Assembly: GCA_023263995.1 (NCBI GenBank)
Contig: JALQTQ010000002.1
Location: 1-50,767 of the forward strand
DNA: 50,767 nt
Reading direction: 5' to 3'
DNA from: Akkermansiaceae bacterium
GTDB lineage: Bacteria; Verrucomicrobiota; Verrucomicrobiia; Verrucomicrobiales; Akkermansiaceae
In this document: positions 46,601 to 50,767 of the stretch, piece by piece
Numbering within the stretch: position 1 is the first letter of the stretch
Layout of the letters: each line of letters starts with the position of its first letter
The notes under the pieces: model-generated
What the model was told of the DNA's origin: nothing
Seen by the model: the letters and a program-made list of their open reading frames with translations, nothing else
Databases searched by the model: none
Translations under genes and position numbers: made by a program

Positions 46601-47667
46601 AGGCTTGGAACGCCCAGAGCAATGAACGATTCCTGGTGTCCCCTGGTGTCGGGGACCAGTTCCGTCCCCAGATTCATGGCGGACGAATGGTCTGGGAAGA
46701 TCATCGCGATGTCGGTCCAGGCGAGGTTTACTTTGCTGATCTCGAGACCCGAGAGGTCCTGCGCATCACCAACAATACTTTCGGGCAGAACAACCCCACC
46801 ATCCACGGTGACCTGATCGCCTGGCAGGACAATCGCAGTGGCCAGGTCGACATCTACCTGCGCGATCTGCGTCGCCCGGTGGAAGAACAGATCACCTCGA
46901 CCAACTACAACGAGGCCAACCCGCTCCTGAGTGGGACCTGGCTTTTGTTCACCGAAGATTCACTGGGGCCCCAGCTCGACAACCTGGTGATTTACGACCT
47001 TCAGGCCGGCAGCCAGCTCTCGCTCACACGCGCCACCCGACGCCACACCTTGGGTGGGCTTGGAAACGGGTTTGGAGTCTGGATCGAAACGGTCAACGGA
47101 TCCCGTACCGTGGTGGCCAGCCGCCTGCCGGGATTGCAGGCCGTGATGACCAGCACCAACGCCCTCGCGGTGAGCCCCGGTTTGGTCAGCCGCTTCGACT
47201 CCGCTTTCGATCTCCTCAAGAGTTGGGGCGGCGGCAACGGGGTGACTTCGGTGAGCCTCTATCAGAGCCTCGATCCCGTTTCGGTGGTGACCGCCGAATA
47301 CAATGGCGGATCGCCAACCGGCGACGATTTTGCCCTCGTGCCCGGGAGTTTTCTCTGGGTGCAATTCGAAGCCGCCAACTTGGTTGACCTCGGCAGTGGG
47401 GGCTTCGGCGAAGTCACGGTCGAGAGCGGCGTCAATGTCCTTAGCTATACCGGCTTTCCGGTGGGTTTCACTTCTTACGACCTGGTGGGCTCGATCGGAG
47501 CGACCAAGGTGCGCGGGATCCGGCTCTACGATGCCTTTGCGGGCGTCTGGCGATCCTTGGAGATCGATGAAACCGGTCTCCCCACCGGGCCGAACTTCAC
47601 CATCCCGCGGGTAGCTACTCTCATCATGGACTTGCGGGAAGCTTCCACCTTTACCCCGAAATTCTAA
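43687..47667 (+). CDS. 1326-aa secreted multidomain protein with a C-terminal beta-propeller-like repeat region
   Basis: The ATG overlaps the giant gene stop (ATGA 43687-43690). The signal peptide is ...FWVAVLFLSGLVPALFAQQ. It has Ig-like modules, including a FlgD-Ig-like GISFVWDGRDSDGVEQIPGAYTV. About seven ~45-aa repeats G(D/A)x(V/I)(V/A)WQ...(D/E)(I/L)Y..(D/P)L span about 46270-47130. Confidence 0.8.
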   Translation: MKTACHSNSRPGRFWVAVLFLSGLVPALFAQQQFQGLCNRVKIEIAQELTTERIGFEAVLKVTNNDGEDPITNFSAALTFTDKETGEDAADRFFVQPPELSSINRIDGTGNISPTQTAVMTWFIIPKTGENAPGGEDPRGKLYDIGCNLAGSIRGEPIPGDVLFAVSDTITVRPEPQLAITYFQPRDVQGDDPFTPEVESPIPFTLGVLVKNDGFGIAKKVKIDSQQPKIQENRNGLLLIARLLGARVQDSQLDETSLVVNLGDIEPAKVKKGAWDMITSLSGEFVEFQARYTHADDLGGEATSLIKSLDAHFIAREVLNDEPGRDSIMDFLADTDRDSNRIPDTLYETDGAILPVNYQPQATVDGLSGGKTTVTLNADREGWVYLRLDDPAQFRFPIASVVRNDGKVLNPRNYWTNVRYRPSDNFRLTYLNLFDRVENGASHTYEVTYDTVSDDVTSPETRIRFSGEVSGDGPYYITPETQIYFTSEDDSPVSIEYQLDGGGFRPALPFDLDLPGTYVVEFFATDVPGNVEVTKTATLIIPEPGAPVALSADENRIFPSDLLSIRPNQTPIRATVPPSSVEVNGQLRLYRGVVAFPQLAGIPMDPTPRSGATIEVSGQFAEYYQYRINGGAWTAERPVDQLIELTDLSGSITLEVRARHGLGDYLDDAQALTVTWTVDPAAEDLMITGLPPTPTREGSTITADVTTNGSSTQYRWSPGGLGFYRPAEPYTTPITRERLLEGDYQLNIITNAGGTFPDEAAPDSVSVARWTFDRSWGFDFSSLTEIRSEELDNVAGTGISFVWDGRDSDGVEQIPGAYTVSLELTDALGNITRAASLVEIEGLSSSRQILAAASSSPGNLRAQGDWAVWQQRVGTTLNIFADNLSDSEPPVAITNSVEMDQEDPATDGAYVVWQTRLPNGSTDLLYSPLGAPTPAIVTDTPGRVEANPVIEWPWVVYQVKDADSPSAPWQVEAWNAQSNERFLVSPGVGDQFRPQIHGGRMVWEDHRDVGPGEVYFADLETREVLRITNNTFGQNNPTIHGDLIAWQDNRSGQVDIYLRDLRRPVEEQITSTNYNEANPLLSGTWLLFTEDSLGPQLDNLVIYDLQAGSQLSLTRATRRHTLGGLGNGFGVWIETVNGSRTVVASRLPGLQAVMTSTNALAVSPGLVSRFDSAFDLLKSWGGGNGVTSVSLYQSLDPVSVVTAEYNGGSPTGDDFALVPGSFLWVQFEAANLVDLGSGGFGEVTVESGVNVLSYTGFPVGFTSYDLVGSIGATKVRGIRLYDAFAGVWRSLEIDETGLPTGPNFTIPRVATLIMDLREASTFTPKF

Positions 47668-47679
47668 CCGTTGATCATC

Positions 47680-48528
47680 ATGAAACGATTCCGAGCCACC
47701 TTCCTGATTTCCTTGGCCTGCCTGCAAGGGGTTCCCGGAGCCGAGATTTCGGCCAAGCAGTTGCGTGCCCTTCTCGCCAAGCCCGGACACCATCCGGTCC
47801 TGATCGACATTCGGCCCACCGCTTCATTCCAGAAGGGCTCCTTGCCCGGAGCCATCAACATTCCGGGGCAGGTCCTGCTGGAGAAAAAGATGAGTTTTTC
47901 GCGGGGATGCATCCTCATTTCCGACGGCATCGCAGACAAGGTGGATCCGGTTCAACTGGCCGAAAAGTTGCGGGCCCAAGGGGTTTCTTCAGTGGACTAT
48001 CTCAAAGGAGGGGTGGCGGCGTGGTCTGAGCTCAAGGACGCCCCCACCACCACTGGCAAGGGGTCGTCCATTGGGCGAACCACCCGGACGGTGACGTATC
48101 AGGACTTGGTCCGTAAAAACGGCGATGTCTGTGTGATTGATCTGCGGACTGCCCAGGAACGCGAGGTCTCCGAGGGGCACCAGTGTCCAGTGGCAGGGTT
48201 TTGCGGATTGCGCAAGTTCGCCTACTGCGCCAATCTCAAGGAGTTTCATCACCGCAACCGCCGGTTTTCCCGTGAGGACCGAGCCGGGGATATGCCCTTG
48301 ATCATTCTCATTCCCAGCGCCACCAACGACGCGGAGCCGGTGCTGAATTCCCTCCTGCTGGAAGGCTACCGTCGCTCGGCCATCCTGATCGGGGGAGCCG
48401 AGGTGATCGAAACCGAGGGGCGACGCGGGCTCAAGCGAAGTGGGGCCAGCACCGTGCGTTATCGCGATAAGCCCGGCGACGAGTCCGGGCGATCGATCAA
48501 AGAGGCTCAATCCACCCCCAACCGATAG
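47680..48528 (+). CDS. secreted tandem rhodanese-like domain protein lacking an obvious catalytic Cys loop
   Basis: MKRFRATFLISLACLQGVPGAEI is a signal peptide. Two rhodanese-like units are present (VLIDIRPTASFQKGSLPGAINIP...YLKGGVAAW and VCVIDLRTAQE...ILIGGAEV). I could not find a C-x5-R active-site loop. The ORF could also start at TTG 47671. Confidence 0.6.
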   Translation: MKRFRATFLISLACLQGVPGAEISAKQLRALLAKPGHHPVLIDIRPTASFQKGSLPGAINIPGQVLLEKKMSFSRGCILISDGIADKVDPVQLAEKLRAQGVSSVDYLKGGVAAWSELKDAPTTTGKGSSIGRTTRTVTYQDLVRKNGDVCVIDLRTAQEREVSEGHQCPVAGFCGLRKFAYCANLKEFHHRNRRFSREDRAGDMPLIILIPSATNDAEPVLNSLLLEGYRRSAILIGGAEVIETEGRRGLKRSGASTVRYRDKPGDESGRSIKEAQSTPNR

Positions 48529-48537
48529 TCAACCGCC

Positions 48538-50055
48538 ATGAATCGATTCCCATTCCTCTTCCCCATCATCGCCGCGTGCGGATTCATCCTTGGTTCGTGG
48601 GCTGCGGCGAATCCGACGGTGGAGAGCGCAGAGGTGGGCAATGTCACCACCACCGGTTTTTCGCTTTGTTGGGAAAGCAGCGAGGCGGCCTTGCCTCGCC
48701 TCCGGGTTTTCCGCGATGCGGCCGGAACCCAGGAAGTCACTGACGACGTCTCTATTGCCTATCAAGCCCTTGCCGCCGATCGTCGTGAGGTCTCCAGCAC
48801 GCCCGCAACCCGGGCTCGGAACCGGCAGGTCCGACAAGCGATGACCGACCGCCTGGTCTTTCTGGCCCGGGTTTCGGGACTGCAACCGGGGCGTGATTAC
48901 TGGGTGGAGGCGGCGGTTCTCGACCCGGTCGATGAAACCCCTGATGCCAGCGCCCTGCTGCCGGTCACCACGGCGTCGCGCGCGACTTTCCTCTTGGAGT
49001 CCCGTCAACTGGTGGTCGATCTTGGCGGGGCGGGCGACCTGACCGGTTGTGTGGTCGGGCTTTCCCATGCGACCTCTCCCTATCCCTTGTTTGCGGTGGT
49101 GGGCGATGGCCTCGCCGGGAGCCGGGCTTACCTTGATCTCACCCATTTTCTCGATGCCACCGGCGAGACCCAACTCAATCCCGCTTCCGGGTCCACTCTG
49201 GAACTGGTGGTGGAACTCAAGGGGAGCGACCTCAAAGAGGGGGATTTCGATGGGACTGATGTTGCCTTTGACGGAAGCCTTACGGCTGCCTTGTCCTCCA
49301 CTGCCACCTACAGTTCCGGGGAGGTGATTCTGGTGGCCACCCCGGACCGGGCGACGGCCCTGGTGGGGCAGCCCCTCCTGGTGGATTTCCGGGTCGAGAC
49401 CACGGGCGGCGAGGTGGTCACTGGTTTCAATGGTCCGCTCACCTTGACCTCGGCCGCGATCGTGGGAGGGAGCCTGATCACCGACCCGCTGGTCGACGGA
49501 GACCTGACGGGACAGCCCGTGACCTTTGGGACTGCCGGGGTGCAGACGGTGTCGGTCCTTGATGTGACGAGCGGTGCTGGAACGTCCTTCGAAATCAACG
49601 TGCTGGACTACACCTACGAGAACTTTCGGACCCACTATTTTGGCGATCCGGCCGATCCTGCGGGTGGGTTTTCCGTCAATGGCGATCATGATCCTTACAG
49701 TAATCTTGAGGAGTTTGCTTACGGTCTCAATCCCCTGATCCTCGATCGTCCGCTGGTAATTGGCGGTGATGGGGCATCCTTGTTCCGGGAGGGTGGTCCG
49801 GTGATCACCCTGCGGATTGATGGTGGCGGTGTGGATTTCAGGGTCACCTTTTTGCGTCCCCGGAACCACGAAAGCCTCGGTTTAAGCTATGTTCCACGCT
49901 TCAGTGCCGACCTTGAAAATTGGTTCGATGCTCCTGGAGATCCCATCGTCTTGGCCACCGAAGGTGAACTCGAACTCGTCACGGTTCAGTTTCCCTTACT
50001 CACTCCGGAAATTCGCAAGGCTCGCTTTTTCAGCCTCGCGGTCAAAATTCAATAG
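48538..50055 (+). CDS. 505-aa secreted protein (FN3-like N-domain, Ig-like middle, PVC-type C-terminal module)
   Basis: The signal peptide is MNRFPFLFPIIAACGFILGSWAAA. An FN3-like VGNVTTTGFSLCWES...YWVEAAV is present. The C-terminal motif is DHDPYSNLEEFAYGLNPL...YVPRFSADLENW. Confidence 0.6.
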   Translation: MNRFPFLFPIIAACGFILGSWAAANPTVESAEVGNVTTTGFSLCWESSEAALPRLRVFRDAAGTQEVTDDVSIAYQALAADRREVSSTPATRARNRQVRQAMTDRLVFLARVSGLQPGRDYWVEAAVLDPVDETPDASALLPVTTASRATFLLESRQLVVDLGGAGDLTGCVVGLSHATSPYPLFAVVGDGLAGSRAYLDLTHFLDATGETQLNPASGSTLELVVELKGSDLKEGDFDGTDVAFDGSLTAALSSTATYSSGEVILVATPDRATALVGQPLLVDFRVETTGGEVVTGFNGPLTLTSAAIVGGSLITDPLVDGDLTGQPVTFGTAGVQTVSVLDVTSGAGTSFEINVLDYTYENFRTHYFGDPADPAGGFSVNGDHDPYSNLEEFAYGLNPLILDRPLVIGGDGASLFREGGPVITLRIDGGGVDFRVTFLRPRNHESLGLSYVPRFSADLENWFDAPGDPIVLATEGELELVTVQFPLLTPEIRKARFFSLAVKIQ

Positions 50056-50064
50056 ATCCCCTTT

Positions 50065-50682
50065 ATGAAAGAACTGATCATTTTGTCATTTTTCATCACC
50101 GCCTCGCTTGGTCGAGCGGCGATCATCCTCTGGGCGAACCAGGAAATTGCCATCCCGAATAGTTCGGTTGGGGTTTATCTCAACCCGGCGACAGGGGAAA
50201 CCCATACTTCTGAGTCCGTCGGTTTCTCGAACACCGCGGTGAATTTCTTCTTCCGCGGACAGGGAATTCTATCGACGGAAGATTTTATGCCAGCGAGGTT
50301 GGGAACAGGTCGTCTTGATCCGATTCGACGCCTTTATCCCGGTGATCTGGTCAATGGCACCCTGACCTTTGGTCCGCAGGGTAATGGTGGTTCGAGCGGA
50401 CATGTCAGCACCGTGCCTGCACCCGATCAATTTGAGTCAGGGGTTCCGGGATACCTCGGGTTTCAGCTCGATCTCAATGAGGATGGACAATATGTCTTTG
50501 GTTGGATGCGGGTGACGTTTTCAAGTGGGGCAGAGGAGGCGGCCATTCACGAGTGGGCCTACCGCACTGCCCCTGGTCAGGAAATCATCGTGGGAGTTGT
50601 TCCGGAGCCTTCGACCTGGGTTGGGGGATTTCTTGGAGCCTGCCTGGTGATGGCCTTCCAACGGAAAAGGAAAGGGGGATGA
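50065..50682 (+). CDS. PEP-CTERM sorting-signal protein
   Basis: The N-terminal signal peptide is MKELIILSFFITASLGRAA. The C-terminus is VPEPSTWVGGFLGACLVMAFQRKRKGG: a PEP motif, a TM helix and a basic tail. Confidence 0.85.
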   Translation: MKELIILSFFITASLGRAAIILWANQEIAIPNSSVGVYLNPATGETHTSESVGFSNTAVNFFFRGQGILSTEDFMPARLGTGRLDPIRRLYPGDLVNGTLTFGPQGNGGSSGHVSTVPAPDQFESGVPGYLGFQLDLNEDGQYVFGWMRVTFSSGAEEAAIHEWAYRTAPGQEIIVGVVPEPSTWVGGFLGACLVMAFQRKRKGG

Positions 50683-50683
50683 C

Positions 50684-50767
50684 ATGAGGAAACATCCTGA
50701 AGTTCGATGGGGAAGAGCCGGTTTCGGTCTCTTGATTCTTTTTCTCTTCCTGCTTGCGTGCCCGTTT
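50684..50767 (+). CDS. 5' end of a further secreted/lipoprotein-like ORF (runs off the window)
   Basis: An ATG at 50684 sits 1 nt after the previous stop. It reads MRKHPEVRWGRAGFGLLILFLFLLACPF, a hydrophobic signal with a lipobox-like LLAC. Only 28 codons are visible. Confidence 0.4.
   Translation, partial: MRKHPEVRWGRAGFGLLILFLFLLACPF

Overview
This is a high-GC bacterial chromosomal segment. It probably comes from a PVC-group organism, Verrucomicrobiota-like. That call is inference only, based on a PEP-CTERM protein, FG-GAP/ASPIC proteins, giant multi-domain surface proteins and D.DGD..NL.E.A.G.NP motifs. I saw no rRNA, tRNA or CRISPR array. The window falls into three blocks. (1) 1-9.7 kb is an accessory/defence island. 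It holds a RayT-like transposase remnant next to a REP-like compound palindrome, then a DUF4391 gene. Next comes a tightly packed three-gene cassette: a classic AAA+ ATPase, a PtuA-like ABC-type ATPase and a PtuB-like HNH nuclease, i.e. a Septu-like pair with an extra ATPase. After it lies a type III-like Mod methyltransferase pseudogene with an in-frame TAA. That pseudogene is cut off by an IS66-family element with perfect 22-bp inverted repeats and no target duplication. The IS66 tnpB is itself interrupted by a ~2.6-kb unit encoding a 690-aa large serine recombinase. (2) 9.8-29.3 kb is mostly housekeeping and secreted proteins. These are a 1221-aa FG-GAP/ASPIC protein and a 742-aa internally duplicated lectin-like protein with thrombospondin-type-3 Ca-binding repeats. 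Then come trpE, a DUF2007/zinc-ribbon gene and trpG, followed by a visibly lower-GC two-gene insertion (a Schlafen/AlbA_2 + HATPase_c_4 protein and a ParA-like ATPase). The block ends with an RluA-family pseudouridine synthase, a PQQ-type dehydrogenase-cytochrome c fusion, a WD40 protein, ppc and a lactonase. (3) 29.7-50.8 kb is one co-directional cluster. It starts with a 4675-aa secreted mosaic protein that ends in a Hedgehog/intein (Hint) autoprocessing domain. A 1326-aa secreted propeller-like protein is translationally coupled to it. A cysteine-less double-rhodanese protein, a 505-aa secreted protein, a PEP-CTERM protein and the start of a lipoprotein-like ORF follow. The best candidates for undescribed biology are the AAA+/PtuA/PtuB cassette, the serine-recombinase unit nested in IS66, the AlbA_2/ParA pair and the Hint-terminated giant protein locus. 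All family assignments come from motif recognition by eye, not from database searches.
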